From assembly GCA_963825135.1 (NCBI GenBank), contig CAWGRW010000010.1, positions 128,001-192,000 on the forward strand: a stretch of DNA of 64,000 bases. The letters are read 5' to 3'. Below are positions 31,769 to 41,619 of the stretch, in pieces. The notes below the pieces were generated by a model. It ran no database searches. It was given only the letters and a program-made list of their open reading frames with translations, and had not been told where the DNA came from. The position numbers were made by a program, and so were the translations under genes. This stretch comes from an uncultured bacterium. Lineage in GTDB: Bacteria; Desulfobacterota_D; UBA1144; Nemesobacterales; UBA2774. The stretch's first letter is position 1, and each line of letters opens with the position of its first letter.

Positions 31769-32146
31769 TTAGTGCCCCTTCAGCTTATCGGACCTGTTGT
31801 CCCAGGGCAGATTTACCTCTTTCGGAACCTTCGCCTGCGCAACCGGCGCGAAGCGCTCGAACATCACCTTCTGCACATTGAACATCCTCTTCCCGTCCTT
31901 CTTCCTGAAGTGGAGTATGATGTCCCTGTCGTACTTCTTGTTGCGGGCATGGTATATCTCGTACCTCTCGTCCTCGAACAGGAGTCCGAGAACCCTGAAG
32001 CTGATGCCCAGGCGCTCGTGGAAATAATGTGCCTTCATATTCTTTTCGTGGCCGCTAATCGTCCGGGTCTCCCCGTTCTTCGCGGGCACTATCGTTTTCT
32101 TTTCGCTCATATGTATTGTCAGTTTTCTCTTAACTATCGCCTTCAT
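31769..32146 (-). CDS. Basic hypothetical protein
   Basis: 125-aa ORF, plausible codon usage, no recognised motif. Confidence 0.55.
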   Translation of the reverse strand: MKAIVKRKLTIHMSEKKTIVPAKNGETRTISGHEKNMKAHYFHERLGISFRVLGLLFEDERYEIYHARNKKYDRDIILHFRKKDGKRMFNVQKVMFERFAPVAQAKVPKEVNLPWDNRSDKLKGH

Positions 32147-32615
32147 AAGGCCGTATCCTTTTAATCCGGATTAAAAGGGGAAATTCACCCAATTTAAGAG
32201 TATACCTTATTTATGCGTAATTATCCCCTAAATTCGTTATAAATTATTAAATACGTGAAATCGCACACCTGCCGGGCTCTTTTCACGATCATACGGCCAT
32301 ATTTAGTGTTCGGTCAGATTCATTCCCTATCCTCCTGCAATTATTGAGATGTGTCATATAAGCCACCGCGAATTCTCACGCTTTTCGGCCGCCTGCCGGA
32401 CTTTCTAACGTAGATTTTGTCATATCGCACAATCCTCCCTCTTCCCGGCGCCCTGCCCTTATCGGCCGCCCCGGCCACCCCGGCCATCGCACCTGACCGC
32501 ATTTGTCTACCCCGACATTACAGAATTTGCGGCGGGTGAGCACCCGCGGGCATATGATCTCAAGCATCTCCTCTCCTGTCATTTCGACCAACGGGAGAAA
32601 TCTGTCTTCTCCTCT

Positions 32616-32741
32616 CCCGACATTACAGAATTTGCGTGAAGAAAATCGATTGTACGAGCGTTAAAAATCTTCCACGGGGTGGGGTTGAATTGGAAGATTT
32701 AGCGAGTACATGAGATTTTTAGCATAATTCTGTAGTCGGAT
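32616..32741 (+). repeat. Element A copy 15
   Basis: Matches consensus. Confidence 0.95.
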
Positions 32742-32876
32742 GATTTTTGCTTCTTTGTATCCAGACAAAGAAGAAAATAATATTGTCTTAGCCTTTCACC
32801 TTTCTTTTGTCTTCCCGAAAGATCACACCGCGTGTGCCTTTTCCCTCCCTTTCGAAAAGCGCGGAGCGGCAGCGCA

Positions 32877-33695
32877 TCAAACGAAAATCCCCCTCTCCCT
32901 GTTCCTCCTCCTGATCTCGGCCAGGACCGGGTCGGTCTCGGGCTCACCAGCCTCACCAGCCCGCTCCTCTTCCCGCCCGCTCCGGAGCGACTCGATCAGC
33001 CGGCGGACCCGCCTCCTGTTCTCCTCCGACCACTCCTCCCATTCGGGCTTCTCGAACCGCGTCTCGCGCCTGGCCCTCTCCTCTTCCTCCCTCTCGCGGC
33101 ACGCCCTCATCCGCCGCCAGTCGTACGTCACCCCGTCCTTCGTGCCCGAGGCGCAGTAATCGTCGTTCCCCTCCATGCCGAAGCACGCCCTGAAGTACTC
33201 GTACATCGGGGAGAACCCCTCCTCCGAATCCCCGTACTCCCGCCGCCACCAGGCGAAGCTCTGCCTGTAGAATATGCTGTCTTTCCCACATATATCGGAT
33301 ATATATTTCTGCGAGTACCCGCATTTCGTCAGGTACGCAGTGCACCGCGCCCAGAAATTATCGAACGCGTTTGTGAGCCTCGCCCTCTCCTCCGCGCGCC
33401 TCAGTATGTAGTAGAGGTGCCTGAACGCCTCGAGGAAGCGGTCGAGCGTCCTCTCGGACCTGAGCACCGGGAAAAACTCCCTCTCGCCGGGCTTTATGAA
33501 ATCCGCGAAGGGGTCGATCCCCTCGTAGAGCGCGAAGAGATTTTTGAGCGCCGCCTCCGCCTCGCTTCCTCCCGCCCCCCGGCTGAGAACCCGGCCCGTG
33601 TCCTTTGGAAGCGCGCTTTCGAGAAAGTCCAGCGCCTCCCTGAGCAGCCTCTTCTGCCTCGGCGTAGTATCCCCGCCCGTATACGATTTCTTCAT
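32877..33695 (-). CDS. Hypothetical phage-associated protein (start uncertain)
   Basis: Long ORF downstream of the replication gene; region upstream of MKKSY is repeat-derived. Confidence 0.6.
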   Translation of the reverse strand: MKKSYTGGDTTPRQKRLLREALDFLESALPKDTGRVLSRGAGGSEAEAALKNLFALYEGIDPFADFIKPGEREFFPVLRSERTLDRFLEAFRHLYYILRRAEERARLTNAFDNFWARCTAYLTKCGYSQKYISDICGKDSIFYRQSFAWWRREYGDSEEGFSPMYEYFRACFGMEGNDDYCASGTKDGVTYDWRRMRACREREEEERARRETRFEKPEWEEWSEENRRRVRRLIESLRSGREEERAGEAGEPETDPVLAEIRRRNRERGIFV

Positions 33696-33906
33696 TCCGC
33701 CGACTATCGCAGGAGCGGATTCCAGCCGCGATGATACATCGCTTCGCCCTGAACTTGTCGCTCGTCCCATAGTTTTATTCCCCTCTCCCCGGTCCAGAGG
33801 GAGAGGGTTCGGGTGAGGGGGTACCTTATTTTCACTTAAAAATTCTTCCTGATGCGCGTACCCCGCGCCGACCTCGGACTCCTTCCCCGCTCCGCAGCCC
33901 GGACCC

Positions 33907-35358
33907 TCAACCCCTCTTGCGGCTGACCGCGCGGCTCCCGTCCGGAAGCGCCCGCCTTCGTGAGGCGCTCTCGATACCCCTGAGCTCCCCGTAAACTCTC
34001 TCGATCTTTTCGTTTGCATCTTGTCCCTCCCGCAATTTATCCGTGAAGCTGATCCGCACATCCGTCCCGCCGCGCTCCGCCGCCGCGGCCCCTCCCGGCC
34101 CGTCCCTCACGCCGCCCTGCCGCATCTTCCGCAGGTGCCACTCGACCGACTGCGCCTGGCTCGCGAGGAGGCATATGTCGGGCGGTTTGTGAATCCACCC
34201 GAATACGCCCCCTTCCATCTGCGAGCCGAGCATGAACGCGGCCCCTTCGCCCGCGAGGTCGTAGATCTCCCCGGGCGGCATCTCCGGGTTCAGCTCGCGG
34301 AGCCTCCTGAAATAGGTCTCGGCCGATTTGTACTCCCGGCCGCCCGTGAGCGCCGGCTGCCCCGCCGCGCTTTCGTAAAGCCCCCTGAAAACCTCGTTAT
34401 ACCACCTCGAATGCGAGTACCCGCCGGCCCCTCTCTTACTGTCATTGCGAGGGAGCGCTTTCGACGCGACCGCGGCAATCTCTTGCGAAGAATCCGCACT
34501 CACACTCGATCTCCTCGTGTCATCACTACCCTCAATCATTTCCTCACCCTCCCCCGTAATGGGACCACGGGGGCCCCGCCCCGCCCGCGCAAGGTGGATT
34601 TGACCGGCCTTACCTTCCTTGATCACGGCATCGCCTTCGCGAGCCTGATTGCGGTCATTGCGCGGAGCCTCCTGATAAGGCCCCCCGGTCTCCCGTATAA
34701 AGCCGTAATTCATTCCCCCCGCGCCTCTCCTTATTCCCCTCCCGTCCGCTTCTCCCTCATTCACGTTCGCTGAAAAATCCGCGCCCCCCGGCAAGCCCGC
34801 GTTCTTTGCGGGCGTGTTCTCACTCTCGTCTCCGTATATAAACTCTTCTCTTGTATTGGGGGGGACGGATTGTACACCCACGTAGGGGACATTTTCTTCC
34901 CCCACAGTGGGGGACATTTTTTTCATCATCGTCCTCAGCTTTCTCACCAGAGGGTCTACGCTGAATACGACTCCCCTGGTTCTGCCGTTCCCGTGAAGGC
35001 TCACCTTCCGCCTGAGGAGCCCCTTCTTCTCGAGCGAGGTCAGGAGCCTTCTTACCGACCTCTCGTTCATCCCGCTCACCTCGGTCAGGTGCTTGTACGG
35101 GTTCATCGTCCCGCTGAACGAGTAATAGTCCACATAGTCGAGCAATATGGTATATTCGTTATTGGTGATGCCGAGCTCGGCGCGCCTGAGCCTGAGCGCC
35201 CTCGGCACGCGCATGAACCCCTTCTCCGTAATCAGACTCTCCCAGTTCTCCCCGCTCATCTCAGTCTCAGTCTCCGTCTCAGTTTCAGTCCCGTCGGCAT
35301 TAGCACTCGTCATCCGCTGCGATTCCTTCCGGCCTCTTCCGCCCAAACCGGCAGCCAA
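33907..35358 (-). CDS. Phage replication initiator-like protein with N-terminal winged HTH
   Basis: KGFMRVPR...LGITNNEY...SGMNERSVRRLLTSLEKKGLL resembles HTH_36/DnaD-N replisome organisers. Confidence 0.65.
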   Translation of the reverse strand: MAAGLGGRGRKESQRMTSANADGTETETETETEMSGENWESLITEKGFMRVPRALRLRRAELGITNNEYTILLDYVDYYSFSGTMNPYKHLTEVSGMNERSVRRLLTSLEKKGLLRRKVSLHGNGRTRGVVFSVDPLVRKLRTMMKKMSPTVGEENVPYVGVQSVPPNTREEFIYGDESENTPAKNAGLPGGADFSANVNEGEADGRGIRRGAGGMNYGFIRETGGPYQEAPRNDRNQAREGDAVIKEGKAGQIHLARAGRGPRGPITGEGEEMIEGSDDTRRSSVSADSSQEIAAVASKALPRNDSKRGAGGYSHSRWYNEVFRGLYESAAGQPALTGGREYKSAETYFRRLRELNPEMPPGEIYDLAGEGAAFMLGSQMEGGVFGWIHKPPDICLLASQAQSVEWHLRKMRQGGVRDGPGGAAAAERGGTDVRISFTDKLREGQDANEKIERVYGELRGIESASRRRALPDGSRAVSRKRG

Positions 35359-35772
35359 ACCCGTTCGTCCTTAACCCGCCTGCCCTGAGCCCGTCGAAGG
35401 GTCGAAGGATTGAACGGGTCATACTCCCGTATGTACGCGATAACTTTCCGCCCTCTCAACAGCTCCCCCATCCTCTCCCGCCCCCTTCCCTATATATATA
35501 AGAGGTCCCGGCGCCCCGGCCCGGCCAGGGGACTGGCAGCCGGAGCATCTCCGGGACCGTCTCTGTAGGAGTGCAGCCCCGGCTTTCCCTTCGCACAAGA
35601 AGGAAGGATTGCAAGCGAGCACGCAATCGGCCGCTCTTGACTACATGCAAGCCCATTATTCACCGCGCGTCAGTCACGTATACGGCTGAGCGCAAGCAAG
35701 CCCGTTATTCATCGCGCAAGAGTCCCTAATATAGAATTGCGGGAAAGCCGGAGCGGTTGGCCTCAGCCCGGC

Positions 35773-36042
35773 TCACCTCTTCGTGAACTCGAGCAAATTA
35801 TTATTGCGCCCGGCCCCGGGCTCGACCGACTCCTCTATCGCGCGCTCGTACACGCGCTTTAGCTCCCCGATCTCCACGTCGACCGCCCTGCAGTCGTACC
35901 CCGCCTCGGTCTCCATGCACGCCGTGACCGTCACGTTCCGCGCCTCGTCCCTCTCGAACGCCCTCCCCAGGTGCCACGTCATGTACAGGAACCCGAACCC
36001 GAGAACCGCGTAACTCATGTACCTAAGAACCGAATACTTCAT
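35773..36042 (-). CDS. Small membrane-anchored hypothetical protein
   Basis: GGAGG RBS, one TM helix. Confidence 0.65.
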   Translation of the reverse strand: MKYSVLRYMSYAVLGFGFLYMTWHLGRAFERDEARNVTVTACMETEAGYDCRAVDVEIGELKRVYERAIEESVEPGAGRNNNLLEFTKR

Positions 36043-36078
36043 GACCGCCTCCCATTAATTTATTTGTCATTTCGAACA

Positions 36079-36166
36079 ACGGTTCTGAACGTGTGCAAGA
36101 ACCGGACACCGATCACTGATTCCAAATAAATCCATTAGTCCTTGTATCTCATCAGCACAAACCAAA
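36079..36166 (+). mobile_element. Element X insertion in a gtcatttcga..gagaaatct REP
   Basis: ac-ggttct-gaacgtgtgca-agaacc-gg; body homologous to 51070-51156. Confidence 0.75.
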
Positions 36167-36234
36167 ACGTGAGAAATCTTTTTTTTTCTTCTTTTTTAAT
36201 CTGTCATTGCGAGCAACGCGAAGCAATCTCGCCT

Positions 36235-36957
36235 TCATCCTTTAATTCCCTCCTTAGAAAAAGGAGGGCTAGGGAGGATTTTCTTATCTATTTTTAAATC
36301 CCCCTCATCATCCCCCCCCTTGTCCAGCACCGCCCAGAACCCGCCGTCCTTTAGCCCGGCCACCACGTCCGGATGAGTCTCCTTCATCCTGAGCGTCTCT
36401 ATCAGCTCCACAGGGTTGAGCCCGTCCGCCGCGACGTACCCCGAAAACGTCTGCCCCCTCTTTTTGAGCTCCTTCTCGAACCTGAGAAGGTTCAGGTACC
36501 CGTACTTCCTCAAAGCCTCTTCCACGGGCCTGCTCTTCGCCCCCTCCACGTAAATCACCATCTTCGTCGATGCCGGGCTCACCCCGTGCGAAGCCGCGAA
36601 ATTCTCTATGCTCCCCCACTCCCCGATTATCTGCTGCGTCGTTATGTGCTCTATCCGTCCCATCAGTTGAATTCTCTCCTCTCCGTCGTTAGCAACTCCG
36701 ACCGATTCCTTGCTCGCTCGGAATCGTTGCTCTATCCGTCCCATCAATCCCATTCTCTCCTCTGTTTCATTAGCAATGGCGTCCGGTTCGTTTTGTTTTC
36801 TGCCGCCGCTGAGCCAGACATTTGCATTGATGTACCCAGCGTGGGGCGTCCGGCTGTTCGCCCGCTCACAACCGTTGCTCGCTCGCAACCGTTGCTCTAT
36901 CCGTCCCATCAGACTCCATTGACTCCTTATTAATTCCGTCATCATAATTTCCGTCAT
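36235..36957 (-). CDS. Cro/Ner-like early DNA-binding protein; N-terminal part built from tandem and nested element X copies (core may start at 36663)
   Basis: WGSIENFAASHGVSPAST HTH-like segment; LMGRIE repeated three times; first long ORF of the operon divergent from cI. Confidence 0.5.
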   Translation of the reverse strand: MTEIMMTELIRSQWSLMGRIEQRLRASNGCERANSRTPHAGYINANVWLSGGRKQNEPDAIANETEERMGLMGRIEQRFRASKESVGVANDGEERIQLMGRIEHITTQQIIGEWGSIENFAASHGVSPASTKMVIYVEGAKSRPVEEALRKYGYLNLLRFEKELKKRGQTFSGYVAADGLNPVELIETLRMKETHPDVVAGLKDGGFWAVLDKGGDDEGDLKIDKKILPSPPFSKEGIKG

Positions 36958-37191
36958 CTTTCCTAAATTGTAGGAGCGGCATCTTGCCGCTTCTTTTAAT
37001 TCCCTCCTTTCGTAAAGGAGGGTCAGGGTCTATTTCCCTTTCCTTCTTTTAACCATCATCCTGAGCCTGTCGAAGGATGTCATCTCTCCCTTTCACTCCC
37101 ATTCCCCGCCTCATCTCCCCTCATCTTCATTCCCGCCCTTTTATCATCCATTTCAACCGTTCTCCCAATTTCGCGACCATTCCACTTGCAA

Positions 37192-37293
37192 TTCACAGTA
37201 TTGTGTATTAATATTGCTATTGTCATATTGTCTATGTATATTATATTCACAGAACTGTGAATCTGTCAATAGGAAAATTCACAGAATTGTGAA
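37192..37293. promoter_or_regulatory. Three palindromic operators and a leftward sigma70 promoter (lambda OR-like switch)
   Basis: TTCACAGTATTGTGTA 37192, TTCACAGAACTGTGAA 37246, TTCACAGAATTGTGAA 37278; minus-strand TTGACA (37269-37264)-N18-TATAAT (37245-37240). Confidence 0.85.
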
Positions 37294-37306
37294 ATAGGGG
37301 GTAAAA

Positions 37307-37951
37307 GTGGATCACAATAACGAAATCGGGCAGAGGCTCAAACTCGTAAGAGAGGCGCTCGACTTGACGCAGGAGGAATTCGGCAAGGGCATAGGCAAAT
37401 CCCTCAACACCATCCTCAGCTGGGAGTCCGGCCGCACGCGCCCGCCCGACCATTTCCTGAAGGTCATAGAGAAGATATACGGCATAAGCCCGAAGTGGCT
37501 ACGCCGCGGCCAGGGGGATATGTTCCTCCCTGATATATCGTCTGTCTTCGGCGGGGACAGCCTCGTCGAGATCAAGATATGGGAGCTGGCCGGCGCGGGG
37601 AACCCGCTCGCGTCTCCCGACGCCGAGCCTATAGAGCGCGTCACGCTGCCGTCGAAGCTGGTGCGGAACTACACGAACGGGTTCAGGGTCGAGGGGGACA
37701 GCATGTACCCCACCATCGTCAACGGCGCTTACGTGGGCTTTGACCCGAACGACAAGAAGATCGTGAGTAACGGGATATACTGCCTCCATCTGCCGTACGA
37801 GGGCTACGTCGTCAAGCGCGTCGAGATCAAGCCCAACGAGATCATCATCAAGAGCGATAACCAGATGGTCGACGACTACTCCGTCCCTCTCGACGAGCTC
37901 GACCGGAACCTCATCGTCGGCCGCGTGAGATGGGTGTTCCAGAATGTGTAA
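37307..37951 (+). CDS. CI/LexA-like repressor (XRE HTH + S24 peptidase)
   Basis: LTQEEFG...SWESG HTH, AG cleavage site, VEGDSM and VVKR catalytic motifs. Confidence 0.93.
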   Translation: MDHNNEIGQRLKLVREALDLTQEEFGKGIGKSLNTILSWESGRTRPPDHFLKVIEKIYGISPKWLRRGQGDMFLPDISSVFGGDSLVEIKIWELAGAGNPLASPDAEPIERVTLPSKLVRNYTNGFRVEGDSMYPTIVNGAYVGFDPNDKKIVSNGIYCLHLPYEGYVVKRVEIKPNEIIIKSDNQMVDDYSVPLDELDRNLIVGRVRWVFQNV

Positions 37952-38051
37952 TGGGGGGGGAAAATCCTAAAATTACCGCAAGATAATGAGCATAATAGCA
38001 AATTTCCCCCTTTAAATGCTTCTGTAATTTTGTTAGAATATATATAAGAAC

Positions 38052-38801
38052 ATGAGTGAGCTAAGCAAGATTGAATGGACAGATGCAACGTGGAATCCTG
38101 TAAGGGGCTGCAATAAAATAAGCCCCGGATGTAAATTCTGCTATGCAGAGGTTTTTGCGGAAAGATTTCGCGGCGTTCCCGGACATCCATACGAACAAGG
38201 TTTCGACCTAAGATTAGTTCCTGAAAGATTGGAAGAACCTCTAAAGTGGAAAAAACCGAGAATGATATTTGTAAACTCGATGAGTGACCTCTTTCATGAA
38301 AGAGTACCGAAGCAATATGTAAAAGAAGTATTCAAAGTTATGACAAAAGCTCATTGGCATACATTTCAAGTTCTCACAAAGAGATCTGAGCGCCTGTTGG
38401 AAATAAGTTTTGAGCTTGAGTGGCCTAGCAATGTATGGATGGGAGTAAGCATTGAATCCAGTAAATACACGTATAGATCAGATGATTTATCTAAAGTTCC
38501 AGCGGCAGTTCGTTTTCTAAGTGTTGAGCCTCTGTTAGAGATGATTCCCAACCTCCCCCTTAACAATATTAATTGGGTTATAGTTGGCGGTGAATCCGGA
38601 CGTAATGCAAGACATATGAGTTTAGAATGGGCACAATCGATAAAGAATCAATGTGAAAAAGCGGGCGTAGCTTTCTTTCTAAAACAATTAGGAGGAAGAA
38701 TAAACAAAAGAGGAGGCGACTTGGCACTCCTCGACGGTAGAACGTGGCGTGAATATCCAACCAGCAATCTTGATTCACGCAAGTTAGCTGTAGGAATTTA
38801 A
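38052..38801 (+). CDS. DUF5131 / phage Gp37-Gp68 family three-Cys (radical SAM-like) protein
   Basis: IEWTDATWNPVRGC...PGCKFCYAE, FVNSMSDLFH, WVIVGGESG, FFLKQLGG. Confidence 0.92.
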   Translation: MSELSKIEWTDATWNPVRGCNKISPGCKFCYAEVFAERFRGVPGHPYEQGFDLRLVPERLEEPLKWKKPRMIFVNSMSDLFHERVPKQYVKEVFKVMTKAHWHTFQVLTKRSERLLEISFELEWPSNVWMGVSIESSKYTYRSDDLSKVPAAVRFLSVEPLLEMIPNLPLNNINWVIVGGESGRNARHMSLEWAQSIKNQCEKAGVAFFLKQLGGRINKRGGDLALLDGRTWREYPTSNLDSRKLAVGI

Positions 38802-38827
38802 CTTTCTCTATTTATTCACAATAGACA

Positions 38828-39935
38828 ATGTCCCCGCCTAAAGATACAGTCTGGAAACTAGAACCACCATACATAAGGCAAACATCTTGTATTGAGAGTC
38901 CTACCTTGATGCGTGGATTCCGATATTGAGCTACGTGGAATCAACGTATTTTATTTATAGATGGGTTTGCTGGTCCTGGAGAATATGAAAATGGAGAAGA
39001 TGGTTCTCCGGTGATAGCTTTGAAAGCACTAATTCATCATAGATCAAAGATTTCATCAGAAATAGTTTTTCTTTTTATTGAGCAAGACAAAAAGAGAACT
39101 GAGTATTTAGACGATGTGCGGCAAAGTCCACTCCTAACCTCCCCCAAATGCGAAAATACAAGTTATCCACGGCAAATTCGATGATACAATGGAACAAGTT
39201 TTAGATCAGATAGAAGAACAAAGAAAGTTACTGGCACCTTGTTTTGTAATGATTGATCCCTTCGGTATAAGTGAAACGCCTATGAGTATCATAAACCGAA
39301 TAATGATGAACCCAGCATCAGAAGTTTATGTGACCATTATGTACGAATATATTAATCGATTCAAAGAAAGACCAGAATTTGAAAAGCACTTAGATGAGTT
39401 ATTTGGATGTGGCGATTGGAGGGACGGGATAGATATTCAAGATTAGGAAGAAAGAAAGGATTTTTTTTTCAATTTGTATAAGAAACAACTCAAGCTAGCC
39501 GGTTGTAAATATGTTGTGAGCTATGATCTTTATAGAGGAAGACGTCATATATATTCAATTTTTTTTGGCACTCAACATTTAAAAGGCTGTAATGTAATGA
39601 AATATGCTATTTGGAGAATAGCACCAAAAGGCGATTTCCGGTTTCAAGGAACTCAATCAAAGCAATTAACACTTAAAATAGACAAGCCCGATTTTAAACC
39701 TCTCAAGAAAGCTCTACAAGATGAATTCATTGGCAAAGATTGGGTTACGATCGAAGAAGTATTGGATTTCGTGATGTCAGATAAAACCGACTACCATTCC
39801 GGTCAAGTTAAAAAAAATGTATTAAAAGAAATGGAGAAAAATGGAGAAATTGAAGGAAATGGAAATGCAAAAAGGAGAAAAGGGACCTATCCCGATGGAA
39901 CACGGCTCAGATTCGTAAAAAAAATGAATATCTAG
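38828..39935 (+). pseudogene. tcmP: Three-Cys-motif partner protein TcmP, broken by frameshifts and a stop at 39444
   Basis: Pieces WKLEP(H)T..KHLVL..YLDAW.PIL, FIDGFAGPG..GSP, FVMIDPFG across frames. Confidence 0.85.
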
Positions 39936-39948
39936 GGGGATATTATGG

Positions 39949-40893
39949 ATGAGTAATCAAATTCTTGAAAAATACGATGTAGCAATCTCTTACCTTTCCA
40001 GAGATGAAGAATTGGCCTATGCAATCTACACTGAGTTGGGTGAAATTTTTAAAACATTCGTATATACACAACACCAACAAGAACTCGCAGGTGGAAATGG
40101 AGTTGAGCTATTACGAAGTATATTTATAGAAAGAACGAATTTAATTGTGATTTTGTATAGGGAGGGTTGGGGGAAGAGCGACTGGACAAAAACAGAAGAG
40201 CTGTTTATCCAAGAATTTGGCTTGGAAAATCATTGGGAAGGAATATTGCTTGTGAATCTCGATGAAAGCGAAAAACCCAAATGGTTTGCACGCCCTTTAT
40301 TTTCTTTGGATTTACCAAAATACGGATTTCAGGAATTAATCGGTGTAATCAAATCGCGAGCTCAGAAAAGAGGGAGTGAAATAAAATCCGTTACTGTTGT
40401 TGAGCAAGCCAAGATCCTACAAATTAAACGAGAAATAGCTAATAAAAGAAGAGCCTTTTTACATTCCACGGAAGGTGTAAATGAAGCTATGAACGAAGTC
40501 AATGATTTGTTTGAAGAAATCGAAAGGATTTGTGTAAAAATAAATTCGACTCCCGTGAAATTCGAATACAGAAAGAAAAATGACTTTACCTACTATTTAA
40601 AAGCATTCAGACATGACGATAAACTCGGTTCTTTAGGGTTTGAGGTTATTGTTCAATGGGTGCCTCAGTTCAGTAACACATTGGACAAATCAAAACTATA
40701 TGTCTCAAAGATAGACTTGGGAAGAGTTATTTATAGAGAAGAACCAGGAAGAATTGGAGATTTGTTATTTGATTTTGATGTAACACCTCTTATGGAAAAT
40801 TGCTGGAGGGATAATCAAAGCAATAAACCATACACATCAGCAAAGCTCGCAGATGAGATTGTCAAAATGATTATTAATTTTAAATCATCATGA
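39949..40893 (+). CDS. TIR-domain protein
   Basis: YDVAISY...D, GWGKSDWTKTE with candidate catalytic Glu; unknown C-terminal domain. Confidence 0.8.
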   Translation: MSNQILEKYDVAISYLSRDEELAYAIYTELGEIFKTFVYTQHQQELAGGNGVELLRSIFIERTNLIVILYREGWGKSDWTKTEELFIQEFGLENHWEGILLVNLDESEKPKWFARPLFSLDLPKYGFQELIGVIKSRAQKRGSEIKSVTVVEQAKILQIKREIANKRRAFLHSTEGVNEAMNEVNDLFEEIERICVKINSTPVKFEYRKKNDFTYYLKAFRHDDKLGSLGFEVIVQWVPQFSNTLDKSKLYVSKIDLGRVIYREEPGRIGDLLFDFDVTPLMENCWRDNQSNKPYTSAKLADEIVKMIINFKSS

Positions 40894-41234
40894 ATCAGTC
40901 ACCCTGAACTAGTTTCAGGGTCTCGTTTTTACTAGTTCACTGTCCCCAAAACCGTACGAACAAAAATCAAAAGGATATGAAAACTTGAAGTCACAAATCG
41001 TGATTTCGAGATCATGATACAATACAAGATCCTGAATCGAGTTCAGGATGACAAAAAATTGGAGGTCACAAATTGTGTCCTCCAATCATCTAACTGCCTG
41101 ATATATATCTCCCGAAATCCCGCGCCGAATCATAGCGATTACTCGCTAATGGCGAAATTCCGCCATGTGAGATTTTGCGGCTGCGTTCTTCCTAACCCTC
41201 CGTCATCACTAATATTTATCGCATCCATGCAATC

Positions 41235-41250
41235 TGGCACAAGGCTTGCA
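41235..41250 (+). promoter_or_regulatory. Sigma-54 promoter
   Basis: TGGCAC-AAGGC-TTGCA, exact -24/-12 consensus about 40 bp before ATG 41290. Confidence 0.8.
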
Positions 41251-41289
41251 CCCTTATATCTTAAAATACGTTACAAGGAGATTAGCAAC

Positions 41290-41556
41290 ATGAAGAAGTT
41301 AATAGCAGCAGCGGTTTTAGGTTTATCGTTCGGCGTTTCATCTCTTTCGTTCGCTTCGGATTATATGGACCTTTATACCAGCGGTCCGGCGGCGCACGAG
41401 GCGGCAAGCGGATCGAACGGCGGTGCGGTGGAGACAAGCCCGATGAGCTTCTATCTGAGCCCGGTTAAGGTAAGCGCAAACAGCGAAACCGTAAAAATAA
41501 CCGAGAAGACGGAAAGCGGCGAGTATACTCTATCGGTATTCGGCGTCAGGATTTAA
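41290..41556 (+). CDS. Small secreted protein
   Basis: AAGGAG RBS, signal peptide MKKLIAAA...SFA. Confidence 0.75.
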   Translation: MKKLIAAAVLGLSFGVSSLSFASDYMDLYTSGPAAHEAASGSNGGAVETSPMSFYLSPVKVSANSETVKITEKTESGEYTLSVFGVRI

Positions 41557-41619
41557 GCGGCCTGCCCCGATTGTTAATACACGTTTAACGAATATTCTAT
41601 CGTCAAAGGAGACACTATC

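Larger units (their letters stand above)
32877..40893. mobile_element. Prophage/satellite-like remnant (immunity + replication module + AT-rich cargo); boundaries approximate
   Basis: CI-like repressor with divergent early operon, HTH replication protein, DUF5131; no element A copy between 32741 and 42484; no integrase or structural genes seen. Confidence 0.65.

Noticed and set aside
35256..35292. (TCAGTC/TCCGTC)n short tandem repeat encoding ETETETE as a phase-variation tract
   Set aside because: Imperfect hexamer repeat that preserves frame; no evidence of switching
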